Part shown: positions 33,719-45,344 of the stretch, piece after piece
Layout of the letters: the number at the start of each line of letters is the position of its first letter
Position numbering within the stretch: the stretch's first letter is position 1
Origin: Eukaryota sp. TZLM1-RC
Lineage: Eukaryota > Protista > Metamonada: BaSk clade
Length of the DNA: 64,000 nucleotides
Direction of reading: 5' to 3'
NCBI GenBank assembly: GCA_040285825.1
Contig: JAUPSS010000003.1
Span: 2,294,001 to 2,358,000, forward strand
The notes under the pieces: model-generated
What the model was told of the DNA's origin: nothing
Databases searched by the model: none
The model's input: the letters and a program-made list of their open reading frames with translations, nothing else
Position numbers and translations under genes: made by a program

Positions 33719-36046
33719 CTACTTCTTTACTCTAACACTACGTTGTTTTGCTCCATGTATTGGAATTTCTTTTTGGAAATCATTTTTACGGCCTCTTTTT
33801 CCTTTTTTACTCTCCAAATATGCCTTTCTCTTCTCTTTAACCTTCCTCTGTTTCAAAATTTCAGCTGACGACTTGAGCTCACCACCTTTTTGAGCGCCCA
33901 AATTTCCAAAACTAGACACATTATTGACCTTCTTGCCACGTTTCCTTACAACTTTTTCCCTATTCCCAAGAGAAAGCCCTTCTCCATTAACAACACCCCC
34001 TTTCGACCTACTCTTCCATTGATCAAAAGCGTCTGTTTTATTTATTGAACTGACAAGACTTCCCGTATCATTTTTGACTGAAACACCATCAACTTTGACA
34101 CTTTCACCTGGATTAATTGTAACAAAACGTTTTTTCTTTGCATCCCAGCGTTGAATTGTTCTTCTTTTAATTATATCGTTCGCTTCGTCAGGTACCAAAT
34201 CCATAATGGCTTGTGTGAGGGATTGATTTGAAGAATTAATTTTAAAAACATCCTGGTTGTCTTTTGAGGGTCGAGAAGGGATCATAAATTTTTTACTGGT
34301 AACGTCATCAGCCGTGTCATCGACACGTGACACCTTCTCATCCTGACTTGATCTGTTTTCCCGCCTTTTCCTACATGACACGTCATCTGACACATCATGA
34401 CTGATCCCTTCTGATCTCTTCTCTTTTCGCTTCTTCTCCTCTTGTATTCTATCATCCAAACCAACTCTGATCACCTTCATCAAAGCTTCCCCCTCACTAC
34501 CTCTCTTCAATTCCAAAACATTTTGTGGTGGCCTCCACGCTTTCAATTGTTCCAGAGTGTCCATAGAAGGAGCAAAAGCGTCAGATTTGAAATGAGCAAG
34601 AATGGGGTGAATGGGAATTTCTAAATCTTTTGCTTTTAAATAAACTTCTTTATTGGCGGATGGCCTAGTTTTAAGATACATTTTGTAACCATTCTTTGCA
34701 CGTTTCAATGCTTCACTAAGCTCAATTTCTCGGCTTAATTTGATATTGAAATCTTCTAAATACTGCAAAATAAAACTAGTTGGAATACTTCCAAACCAAC
34801 CAAACTGTGGCAGATTGAAGAACTCCAAACCTTCCTTAGGGTTAGGGTTAGGGTTAAGCTTTCTTCCAATCAAATCTTGTGTTTCAACCATATATGCCAC
34901 GTCATCATGAGTCAGCAAAGTGTAGGCAGTTCCACTTCTGCCAGCTCTTGCTACTCTACCTACTCGATGAATGAATAACTTTGGTGAATATGGTATATCG
35001 TAATTAATTACATAATCTAATAATGGAATATCAATACCTCTAGCGGCAACATCAGTAACAATCAAAACTGATAGTTTCCTTTTTCTAAATGAATTCAAAG
35101 TAATAGTACGTGCTTCTTGATCCATTGAACCATAGATTGCAGCATTTTTAATACCAAAGGAAGACAAGCCTAAAGAAACAAAATCACTTATCTGTCTAGT
35201 AGCAACAAAAATTAAAACTAACTTACCAGAATTAGGGTTGGGGTTGGGGTTGGGGTTAGTGTTAGGGTTAGAGTCAGGGTTATCAAGTTTAATCAACTCA
35301 GTTAATAACCATACAAGAGTTGCGAATTTTTCGTCTTGTCTGGTCAAAAACCATGACAAGCAGAGATCATCACTGACACGTGTTTCCACGTCAAGTCTTA
35401 CAAAGTCAGGCTCATTAAGACCTGCCTTGGAAAATTCAATTAAATTATTTGGCATAGTTGCTGAGAACAACATAGTCTGTCTATCTTGAGGAAGATGCTT
35501 TAATATAGAAAACAACTGATCCCGAAACCCTAATTCAAACAGTTGGTCTGCTTCATCAAACACCACGTAATCTATTGTTTTTAAATTTAAATCTTGATTT
35601 TCTACTATATGGTGAAGAATTCTACCTGGTGTGGCAAGGATAAGATCAGGTTCTCCTGCTAAAGCAGCAAACTGAGAGTCCAAAGCTTCACCACCAACAA
35701 GAACCGCAGCGCGGAGATCGGTGAAGCGACCTAGATCTTGAGCAAAGCGGTGAGTTTGGACAACGAGTTCACGATTGGGTGAGATGATGAGGGCACGGGG
35801 TCCAGCTGATGAGTGGGTGTGTAGTGAGTTCAGAAGAGGAATGAGAAAAGCAGCAGATTTGCCAGATCCTGTCCTAGCCATAGCTACAATGTCTTTACCT
35901 TGCAGGGCAAGGGGGATAACTTTGCGCTGAATAGGTGTTGGTTGATTGTAACCCTTTTTGGTGATTCCCTTGTATATTTCAGGATGAAGATCCATTGTCT
36001 TAAAGGATCCCCCCTTGATCTTCTTGGGAAGGGCTATGCTTTCCAT
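33719..36046 (-). CDS. DBP10: DEAD-box RNA helicase DBP10/DDX54
   Basis: PTPIQR, MARTGSGKS, DEAD, SAT, DVAARGIDIP, HRVGRVARAG; DBP10 C-terminal motif WDAKKKRFV. Confidence 0.95.
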   Translation of the reverse strand: MESIALPKKIKGGSFKTMDLHPEIYKGITKKGYNQPTPIQRKVIPLALQGKDIVAMARTGSGKSAAFLIPLLNSLHTHSSAGPRALIISPNRELVVQTHRFAQDLGRFTDLRAAVLVGGEALDSQFAALAGEPDLILATPGRILHHIVENQDLNLKTIDYVVFDEADQLFELGFRDQLFSILKHLPQDRQTMLFSATMPNNLIEFSKAGLNEPDFVRLDVETRVSDDLCLSWFLTRQDEKFATLVWLLTELIKLDNPDSNPNTNPNPNPNPNSGKLVLIFVATRQISDFVSLGLSSFGIKNAAIYGSMDQEARTITLNSFRKRKLSVLIVTDVAARGIDIPLLDYVINYDIPYSPKLFIHRVGRVARAGRSGTAYTLLTHDDVAYMVETQDLIGRKLNPNPNPKEGLEFFNLPQFGWFGSIPTSFILQYLEDFNIKLSREIELSEALKRAKNGYKMYLKTRPSANKEVYLKAKDLEIPIHPILAHFKSDAFAPSMDTLEQLKAWRPPQNVLELKRGSEGEALMKVIRVGLDDRIQEEKKRKEKRSEGISHDVSDDVSCRKRRENRSSQDEKVSRVDDTADDVTSKKFMIPSRPSKDNQDVFKINSSNQSLTQAIMDLVPDEANDIIKRRTIQRWDAKKKRFVTINPGESVKVDGVSVKNDTGSLVSSINKTDAFDQWKSRSKGGVVNGEGLSLGNREKVVRKRGKKVNNVSSFGNLGAQKGGELKSSAEILKQRKVKEKRKAYLESKKGKRGRKNDFQKEIPIHGAKQRSVRVKK

Positions 36047-36945
36047 TGTTGTTGTTTGATAAGTTATGTTTGAAGGATTGGAATTTGTGAAGGTTGGGAG
36101 TTAAGTGATATTTTCAGTTTGCCCAATTCTATTTTTCACCTCCATAATTGAACAAGTCAAAATGTAACACAAAGATTCGGGATATTGCCTCGACTCTATA
36201 CCAAAAAAAAGTACACGAAAAATTCTCATTTATAATTCATTGGTCACTCCTTTTTCGTAGCATTTCTTCTATTTGCTAAGGAACAGAATGCATTAAAACA
36301 ATTTGCGTATTTAAATCAAATACAGTTCTGTCGTCTTAACCATATTTCCTTTGTTGGTTTACATTAAACGCCTGTGATTGCTGAGTTGATAATTGAGTCA
36401 CCCACCTGCTTGTTTTGATGTGGTTGAATATTGCAGCAGGTAATTAAAAATAATAATTATTCATATTCGAGCTTGTGGGAATAAGAGTTAAATTGTTTAA
36501 TTGTTGAGTCAAAGAGTTTCAAGGCAGGTTTTAAAATTGGTTATCAATTGTCAACATACTGACTCAAAACTTGATATTCTTGGAAAAAATGCAGCAATTC
36601 AGTTTGAAGGAAAGATCAAAACTACCTGTTATAGAAAATAGTCTATTACCACTTGACCACAATATGTAACAGATTGATATTTTCATTAATATAGGAAAAC
36701 ATCATTTCGAGCTCAATTTCCCACTTGTTGGATATTCATTTTGTTGACCACTTCATTAATTGATTCAATTTAAAGTTGTTGTTCTTATCAGTGTTTCTGC
36801 TATCTTAAAACCAGCTACATTAAATATCAATAATAATCAATAACACTGAAAAGTTTGACTTCATGTACCTGCAATAATTTCAGTGATTGGCGGAGAGGCA
36901 CCGCCTAACAATTAGGCTGTAGCGACTGCTGATTTCCTGATATTA

Positions 36946-37130
36946 CCGTGCTTCCTAAAATGTTGGGCGCCAATTGATTTGGCGATTCTATTTCTGATCG
37001 ACCAATTTTATATTTAGACGCAAGGGTGAGAATCATGTAGAAAAAAGTGGCCGCCTATTAGTTAGGCGATTTTTATTTGATCGCCCAAAGCGCCCAACAT
37101 CTTTGCGACCCAACATTTTGGGAAACAATG
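36946..37130. mobile_element. 185-bp MITE-like element with TA flanks
   Basis: TIRs CCGTGCTTCCTAAAATGTTGGG / CATTGTTTCCCAAAATGTTGGG (18/22); TA at 36944-36945 and 37131-37132. Confidence 0.55.
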
Positions 37131-37153
37131 TATTGCAAATACAAAAATTGTGA

Positions 37154-37227
37154 CTCCCGCGGTGGGACTTGAACCCACAATCCTTCGATTAAGAGTCGAA
37201 TGCGTTAACCGATTGCGCCACGCGGGA
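37154..37227 (-). tRNA. tRNA-Lys (CTT)
   Basis: Acceptor TCCCGCG/CGCGGGA; anticodon arm TTCGA-CTCTTAA-TCGAA; T arm GTGGG-TTCAAGT-CCCAC; T5 terminator at 37143-37147. Confidence 0.95.
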
Positions 37228-37553
37228 TTTCTGAAATGAATGAATATGTTTAACACTTGTGATCTCGTGTGACTAAAAAACAGTAGAACTGTAAAGAACC
37301 AAGATTTGTTTCTAGCATATTCAAAAAATTACGGTTGTTTAAATGATCGTACATGGTGAAGAAAAGTTACAAGTTTATGTGTGTATGCATACACTGAAAT
37401 GAAGACCTGAACTCGACAGGCCTGCAATAGTCTTTGGAGGAGAAGAGAGGTCACATAGATTGGAAACAAATTTGCCACACAACTGTTAATCTGTTAAATG
37501 AAGTATCTTTAAATGGGGATTTCTTCTGGAAATACATCTCGCATTTGGATCGC

Positions 37554-38279
37554 ATGGATCTTAAGCACATTCTTGGTGGAGGTTCTGTACCCAATCTCAG
37601 TGCTGGTAAATCTGCAAATCCTGCTAGTGCATTCTCGCACCTTACCCCTTTAATCCCCGACACTCTTCCCACCGAAAATGGAGAGGGTTCGTCAGAGACA
37701 TCTATAAATGAGGGAACAGATGTGAAAATATACAATGTGGTTGCAACAGTCAACCTAAAATGTCAACTGGACCTTAAACACATAGCAACATATGTCCGTA
37801 ACGCAGAGTACAACCCTCGGAGGTTTGCTGCTACCATTGTCCGCATCCTTGAACCCAAAGCGACTGCTCTTGTGTTTCGTACAGGTAAAATGGTTGTGAC
37901 AGGGGCTGCAAACGAAGATGACTGTCTAAGAGCTGCCCGTCGGTTCTGTAGGATTCTGCAAAAGGTGAAATGTCCAGTTCGCTTTACCGATTTTAAAGTT
38001 GAAAACATAGTTGGTGTTACAAACGTTGGATTTTCTATTGATTTAGAAGCACTACATATTCGACATAGTAAATTCGCACAATATGAGCCTGAACTGTTTC
38101 CTGGACTCATATACCGTATACATGAGCCCAAGGTCTGCCTACTCATATTTGTTACAGGCAGGGTTGTGTGCACAGGGGCGAAGAGCAGGGAAGCGATATA
38201 TTCTGGGCTGGGGAAGATACGTCCTGTGTTGAATGACTTCAAGGCCAGAGCTCCTCCTAAAGATATTACCAAGAAGTGA
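37554..38279 (+). CDS. TBP: TATA-box-binding protein
   Basis: NVVAT...AEYNPRRFAA...ALVFRTGKMVVTGA and NIVG...YEPELFPGLIYR...LLIFVTGRVVCTGAK; first in-frame ATG is 37554. Confidence 0.97.
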   Translation: MDLKHILGGGSVPNLSAGKSANPASAFSHLTPLIPDTLPTENGEGSSETSINEGTDVKIYNVVATVNLKCQLDLKHIATYVRNAEYNPRRFAATIVRILEPKATALVFRTGKMVVTGAANEDDCLRAARRFCRILQKVKCPVRFTDFKVENIVGVTNVGFSIDLEALHIRHSKFAQYEPELFPGLIYRIHEPKVCLLIFVTGRVVCTGAKSREAIYSGLGKIRPVLNDFKARAPPKDITKK

Positions 38280-38540
38280 GCTCTTTGGTTTTGCACATAA
38301 ACTATTTGTTTTGCGATATGAGTTCTATTTTTGGAAAACTATCATGATGGCATTTATTCAATCCTCCAATATTGCTTCACCTTACAGTGTGGTAAAATGA
38401 TTTCATCTTATGTTATGTTCCAAATTTTGTTCAAGACATGGTAACGAACTAAAGTAAAAAACTGATAACCAAGATCAAAATGGGATGGGGAAGGGAGTTT
38501 TCTGCTTTTAAAAAACTTTGCCATTGACAATCTCTTCACA

Positions 38541-38873
38541 ATGGCATAACTGCTTGTCAAGGGGTACTCGCAGGAGCAGTCATTCGATCTTTCGGATGAT
38601 GTTCTATCAAAGATACCCTATGTGGCTGCTCTTGCTTCTGGCAAGTTTGCAGTGAACAAAGATTCAGATGGACGCTTCATTCTTGAGGCGAATCCTGTGG
38701 CTTTCTCCATTATTCATAGGGCAGTGACATCCCAAAAAATGGAATATCTTCTGATGAAGTTAAAGCCACAGACCCTGGATCCTCAACAAGTTTTTCAACT
38801 GGTGGATTTTCTGTGTGTTCTTCTGTGGACGTTGTTTTTACTAGATTTCCTCATTATTATCAGTTTTAGTTGA
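38541..38873 (+). pseudogene. KCTD/T1-type BTB domain pseudogene fragment
   Basis: LSKIPYVAALASGKFAVNKDSDGRFILEANPVAFSII; TAA at the third codon after ATG 38541. Confidence 0.5.
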
Positions 38874-40079
38874 ATGAATAAACTTGAGGGCTTCCAAAAA
38901 CTTTTACTTCAGAACAAAACAGGGAGTTTGGATACAACATTCATGTAGGTCACACCGAGTGTTTTGATACGGATATGGTTAATTCCGATAGGGACACAAA
39001 TAATTCAACTATTCACCATGAAATACTAAAATACTCTTAATTCGTATCGACTCAAAAGTGCCATAGCTGTTGTTTGAGTTTAACCAAAAACAACAATGAG
39101 CAAATGGAGTAGATTGTTAGACTGTCAAAATTGAAAAACAATATTTAGAAGTGAGCAACACAAAATCTGTTGGAAGTATAAGTACTGGTTCAGGATGCAA
39201 ATTTTAAATTTAATGGATGTTTGTTACAAAATTTTACTCACAATTACACCATACATTGTTCCTTATGACATTCTTTCAGCTCATTGAATTTAACATAATA
39301 ATGCACATCAAAGAGAATTAAATCACAAGCATTTAACTACTTGATTGCTTTTTTCATTGTTTGTTGATGCTTCCTTCATTTAAAAAAGTTCTGAAAACTT
39401 TTGAAAATCCCTAGAAACAACTTTCTTTAACTGTTTATTGTAAGCTAAAATAGGTTCAAAAAGACGTACAATTTTCAGAAGTTTAATAAAGAAGTTTATT
39501 ATAAATAGAACAACAAGTGCAGTAAAAACATTCAAAGTTTATTTCCTATTAATTGATCCATCATTAAGTAGTAGTGAATTCAAGAAAATTGACCAAAATT
39601 TTGTGCTGACTATAAGCTCAGATGCAAAATTTAATTTTCTTGATGAGAAAAAGTAGTGCAAGTGAAACAAAGAGGAATGAAAAAAAAAGACTTTTTTGAA
39701 CCTTGGTTCTCAAATCTGTTTGATACTGAAGATGATTTTCGTAAGAATATGAAAGTGATGTGAAGTCATCTTAACTGGATAAGATGGAACCTTCAGTTTA
39801 GTGGAGGTAATCTCTGCTCATCCTTGTAATGCCTCAAATAAAAGGCCTGGTAATTCAGAAAATCATAATCCTATTTCGAATGCTGAAAATCTCAAAGTCA
39901 AGAAAATACAGTGAACCATTGATCATAAATATTATTTAATAAAACATTGATTAGATTAAACAATCTATATATTTATATGTTTTTGAATTGTCGTAGTAGT
40001 TAGCTCATTTAATAATAAAAAAACATTTATTGACAAGAGACAACAATCATTGTTTCTTCACTGACAGTATCTCTTAACA

Positions 40080-40778
40080 ATGGACTACATTCCTCCTTCA
40101 ACTTTACCAACAGAACGAGAAGGTTCCTCTGCAGACATACGTACTCCATTATGTCACTTTTCTGTTGTAAGTAAAGCAACAGGGTCAGTCTACATCGAAT
40201 CTGGTAACTCTAAACTTATATGCTCTGTCTATGGTCCTCACCAGTCCAAGAGCTCTGAATTTCATAACAAGGCCAATCTTTTCCTCAACATTGGTTACTC
40301 TGATGCCGCACATCCCTCTCTTTGTGATCCCAGTTTTTCTTACACTCCCAAGCTTCGTTTAGCCAGATCAGCCGTTTTATCATCTCTAAACTCATCTCTC
40401 TCACTTCACAAGTATCCAAAGTCTGCCATAGACATCGCCATTTACATAATCGAAGATGATGGTTCAATACCTTCTTTATGTGTCTTAGCTGCTTCTCTTG
40501 CTTGTAAAGATGCTGGTATCGAAGCCAAACACATTGTAGTTTCATCCACATTGGCCCTCTCTACGTCACCAAGTGACACGTCAGCAATTTTGGATCCGTG
40601 GTTAGGCGAGGAAATGACTGCAGATTCTTTATTTGTCTTGAGCAGTGTTTTTGGTACGGAAGAAATTGTTTCTGTTGATTTTATTGGTAAATTAGAATTA
40701 GTTGATTTAAAAGATTTGGTTAATAACTTAGTTTCTGTTAATGATTCTTTAAGTAATAAATTAATAGACTTGCTTTGA
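40080..40778 (+). CDS. Exosome RNase PH-like subunit (MTR3/EXOSC6-like; RRP41 not excluded)
   Basis: ATGSVYIESGNSKLICSVYGP, YPKSAIDIAIYIIEDDGS, ASLACKDAGI. Confidence 0.85.
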   Translation: MDYIPPSTLPTEREGSSADIRTPLCHFSVVSKATGSVYIESGNSKLICSVYGPHQSKSSEFHNKANLFLNIGYSDAAHPSLCDPSFSYTPKLRLARSAVLSSLNSSLSLHKYPKSAIDIAIYIIEDDGSIPSLCVLAASLACKDAGIEAKHIVVSSTLALSTSPSDTSAILDPWLGEEMTADSLFVLSSVFGTEEIVSVDFIGKLELVDLKDLVNNLVSVNDSLSNKLIDLL

Positions 40779-42899
40779 TTGTGTTGAATTTTTATTTATT
40801 TTTTATCAAAATTGATCTTTAATCAATCAATAAATCCTTGCAGAATTGAACAATTTATTTAATCTTATTCATAACTTATAACAACACAACTTTCTTGGAA
40901 ACCTTTTCAGTAAATCTAATAATCTTTATTACTTCATGACTTCGATGATGAGCAACCGTAGTTGATGGGATTCGATTGCGGTGTTTTTTTAAAATCATTT
41001 GTTGTGGAAGTGATGATTCTCCACTGGAAACAGTTGTTTTTGGATACGGTTAGCTATTTTCAAATAATTAATTTCACCAGTTGAATCAAACACCGTTCTA
41101 TTTTAACTGAATTTCAACAGCTGATAAAAACTAATGGGTGAACTTTACTTTTTCAAAAAGTAAAAGAAATTCAAAAAACTGATTGCCAATAATTGTAAAG
41201 GATATAGTCATTTCAATTTTTGAAATTGTTGCAAATAGGTGTATCCATATTTGAAACAATGTTTCAGAAGACATGCAGAAAATGAAATGACCCCAGGGAA
41301 TTAGAAGATTGATCTTCTTCTCATCTAAAAAATGCTACTTTTTTGATAGCAAAATTGATTTTATCAGTTGTATTATTCTATTTTCATTACTCTTATTGAT
41401 TTTTATATAAAGGTAAATTAGATAACAACTGAAATTAATGAAGTTTCTTTTTATGGGCTTGGATTTAGTAATCTTTAATTCAATTAAAAATAATAAATAA
41501 TTGCCTTTGTTTCTGAACAAAGGCAAAATGAAACATCTCGTATTTTACAAGCTTAAAACTTGTCAAATTGGCCTACGGCTTTGTTTTAATGTTTGATTTT
41601 GCTCTTGTCGGGATGAAAAATTGCAGCTTCAGCTTTGTAGGTAAAATCCACTGCAAAGCCTATACAAACAGCAACCATCACTACCACTGCAACTTCGACC
41701 ACTATAATACACCCAAAAATAATTCAATTACTACAGCGTTCCCAGAGGATACAAACTACGAACAAATTCATTCTTCGGCGTTGAGTTACGTTGATTTTAT
41801 TTTGAGTCAATTACAGATATGCATAAGTGTTTTTCAATGTTGTCAATTGACTTGAATCAGGTCAAATATTCTCATTTGACTCAAGCCAAGTCCTTTGACT
41901 TGATTTGTAAATGTGTTTTGTACTACAAAAACAAACTCAAACAAAGTAAAGACACTGCAATCGATAAATTGTTGCATTTTAAAAGAGTAAATCAATTAGA
42001 AATGAATTTGGTAGTCGTAGATTTTCCATATTAGTTCGATTGATGTAAAAATAATTCGTGACAGATTTGAATAGAATTGAATATTATACAATCTGTGACC
42101 ATTTACTACCATGACTATCAAGAACAAGGTTACTGTAATTCGCTTCTCTATCTCTTCCCAATCTTAAGACTTGAGAAAAAATTGTGTAGTTTGCACTTGG
42201 TGATGATTCTTTCAATTTGTTGACACTTTTGAATGACTAATCGGGTAAACGATATGATATTTTAAAACCTTGTCAAAGAAGATGTATAGAAGCCTGTTGT
42301 TGTTTAATAAATTAATGTTCAACTAGCATCATTTTGGGTATTTTGGGAGTGCGATTTGGCAGATTTTCCGTGTTATATGGGGGCCATAAGCCTAAGTATA
42401 ATAAGAATCAGGATTGTATCAAGGATTAAGAATTAGGATTGTAAAATAATAAAAAAACTGAAAAATAAGTTGAAAATTATTTGTAAGTATTGTGTTCTAT
42501 TGGCAGGAGAGAAGTGCTAAGTTGCCGAGACGGGGCGGTCTGTGGTCATTACATCCACAACAGAACAGGCTTTACTGTTATGAAAAGTTGTTGTTCAAGT
42601 CAAGGCATATTTCACTAATTGTGGAAAATTTTCAAGTTCAATAACATTGATTATTTCAATTTCCATGTCGCGGGAATTCCACTAATCAATTGAGAGAATA
42701 AATAAAATAAACATGTTGTTCCACAAAAGGTATGACTCCATAGTTTGAGCGATCTCATAAATAGAGAGTTGTCTCTGTGAACTCAAGTATTTAAAATAAA
42801 ACATGATATGAGTTTAGTGTTATTTTTTGACTAGAGTCAAGCTCAATTCCAGCTAGAACTTGATGAATGACTTTTTATAATTTATTGAACTTGTACACT

Positions 42900-44540
42900 T
42901 AACAAAATGAACTCATAACTAATGAAACGAAATTCAATGAACCAAGATTTCCTCTATAAAATCTTGATCTGCTTGCTGTATACCCAAAGCTTCTCTTATT
43001 CGATTGAAAAACCGAGGTAATCTATTAACAATAGCGAATTGAATTCGAGAGCGCCATAATCAGATATCAAATCTTTTCATTGTTTTTACTTGAACTATTT
43101 TTTGGAAATCATTCAAAAAAGTTCCTGCTTCTTCTGATAGCCTTCCGTTTATCGAAAATGGGAAAGCAGTAAAAACAAGTGGTCTATTTCTATCAACATC
43201 AGCTTCTTCGATATCTTTGTCATGTTTTCTATGTTTTTCTTTAGCTTTTAATTCAAGAGCCTTTTCAGGATCTTATAATTCATTTTTACGTAGAGCAATC
43301 TTATAATTCACCTTTATGTAAAGCTGAAGAAGTCAAAATTATCAAGTACACAGAAAAAATCAATAACTGGAAATCCAACTCACATACTCAATACCTTCTT
43401 TGTCCTATTGCTTTTTCTTTATTTGGAACATTGGATAAAACTGCGTTATCAACATTGGACAATCCTCCTTGAATTTTATCAATGATTTTGGTAATTTATG
43501 TCATTCAAGTGGTAAGAATTTTGCAGGGAATTTATGGAAGAATCGTATTATTTTCGCTTTGTACAGAAGTGTTCCCAAGTACTTGAGTTTAATGATGTCC
43601 AAACTTTATAAGGATTCATCAAGAGTTCGCGTGGAGAACTTTTTTTCTTATGTGTTTTAGTTTGTTTTGTTTTTATTTGATTCTTCGTATAAAACAAACT
43701 GCGTTATCTTTTTTGGACGATTTCTTTTTTATTGACAAAAATAGAACTGGAAGAACATTTGACCGAACGTTTTGGCAAAACCGAATTGTATTTTCTATTG
43801 TTTAAGGAATGTATAGCCTGGTTTCTAGCTTGTTGTTATCACTGGAAAAATTTAATGAAGAAAATGCTATAGGTAAGTTTTCAATACTAGATGTGGAGTT
43901 TGAGGAGATTGAATTTAAGTTTGTTACAATTTTGTTTGAATAAAATATGTAAATATTTCAGTTAAAAAATAAAATAAAATATGTATCAAAAAAATTACAG
44001 GATTAAGTTTTCTACTTTGAACCAAAGTGTCATTTGCAACATTACAGGAGACAAAGTCAACAATAGCTTCAGAGTTCTCAATCCAATCACAGTATACATC
44101 ACCTCTGTCATCAGAACCAAAATTATTCAATGACAGTGTTTCTTTCAGCAGACGCTCTTTGATACACGAGATTCTTTCAGTTCGTGCCATATTAAAAAAC
44201 GTGTCTCTAACAGCATCATGTAATGAAGTACGATAAGTTATCAATTTCGAACAATTCAAAGCATGACGCAAAGTGAGCTGTGGTGAAATCGAACAAATTC
44301 ATTTTGGTTTTGATTATAATTGATTAAATTATTCAATGACAGTGTTTCTTTCAGCAGACGCTCTTTGATACACGAGATTCTTTCAGTTCGTGCCATATTA
44401 AAAAACGTGTCTCTAACAGCATCATGTAATGAAGTACGATAAGTTATCATTTTCGAACAATTCAGAGCATGACGCAAAGTGAGCTGTGGTGAAATCGAAC
44501 AAATTCATTTTGGTTTTGATTATAATTGATTAATGGGGAT
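42900..44540. mobile_element. Three-layer non-LTR nest: family A (-) containing family B (+, 43272-43997) containing family C (+, 43451-43695)
   Basis: B flanked by caggat (43266-43271, 43998-44003); C flanked by 13-bp aaactgcgttatc (43438-43450, 43696-43708); 206-bp tandem duplication at 44121-44533 within A. Confidence 0.8.
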
Positions 44541-44591
44541 ATTCAAATATAATCTCATTTGAATGAATCCAATTCGAAATTCGAAATTTAC

Positions 44592-45195
44592 CAATGTCAG
44601 AATTCCGAACGTTCGCAACCCTTCCGAACGATCGGCCGAACTAGTTTTTGTTCATTTACACGTGTCAACACAGTTTTGTTTAAAGATGTTTTCCCAAATC
44701 CCTATTTCAACTACTACAATAGATTTCAATGTTTAAAAATCTGTATTCATACATAAATCCCCTTCTTTACATCAACTTTCTTCAATGCCAAAGCACCCTG
44801 TTTACAAACTTCTGAACAACGTTAACTACGATAAAGTGTCCAAAAATATTACTTCACAGTGCCGCTGCTGCAGTAAAATGCTAAAAGGTTCAGCCCGTCG
44901 CTTTTCCTCCCATTTCATTAAGGAGTATGGAGCTGGATATGCCTTATGTACTCAATTATCCACCATTTATGTCAAGGATCTAAACACTGTCCTAAGTTAA
45001 TGACCTAGATTTAGATGTTGTAGAACTTTCTGAATAAAAGTTTACTTTGTTGGTTGATAGTGAGTGCAATAGTATAAGGAAGGAGGAGATAAACAGCGTT
45101 TTGATATTAATGAATCAAAACGAGATGCCGAACTAACCGAACGTATCAGTAGGTGCCGAACATTCGGCCGAACTAGTTCAGTAATTCTAACATTG
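44592..45195 (+). mobile_element. Non-autonomous hAT transposon derivative (604 bp)
   Basis: TIR CAATGT(C/T)AGAATT; 8-bp TSD aaatttac (44584-44591, 45196-45203); CCGAAC subterminal repeats; BED-finger ORF 44785-45000. Confidence 0.9.
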
Positions 45196-45344
45196 AAATT
45201 TACATATGAAATTTCTTGTCCTTTCAAGTAATTTCTCACAATTTTTCCTTGTTAATGAAAACCAAAAATTTTAATTGAGTTCTTTGATTCAAATGAAATC
45301 CTGATAATGTTGCAACTGACACTCTACTAAATGTTCGCATTCTA

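Noticed and set aside
37434-37553. N-terminal extension of TBP in the ORF track
   Set aside because: It starts at TTG; the first ATG is 37554
37763-38296. Antisense and alternate-frame ORFs over TBP, LRR, RT, gag and TRIM genes (e.g. 6544-7023, 11911-12387, 45373-45780)
   Set aside because: These are shadows of real coding sequence with no independent motifs
41800-42870. Degenerate TTGACTC/GAGTCAA clusters as transposon ends
   Set aside because: No convincing TIR pair or TSD could be defined by eye
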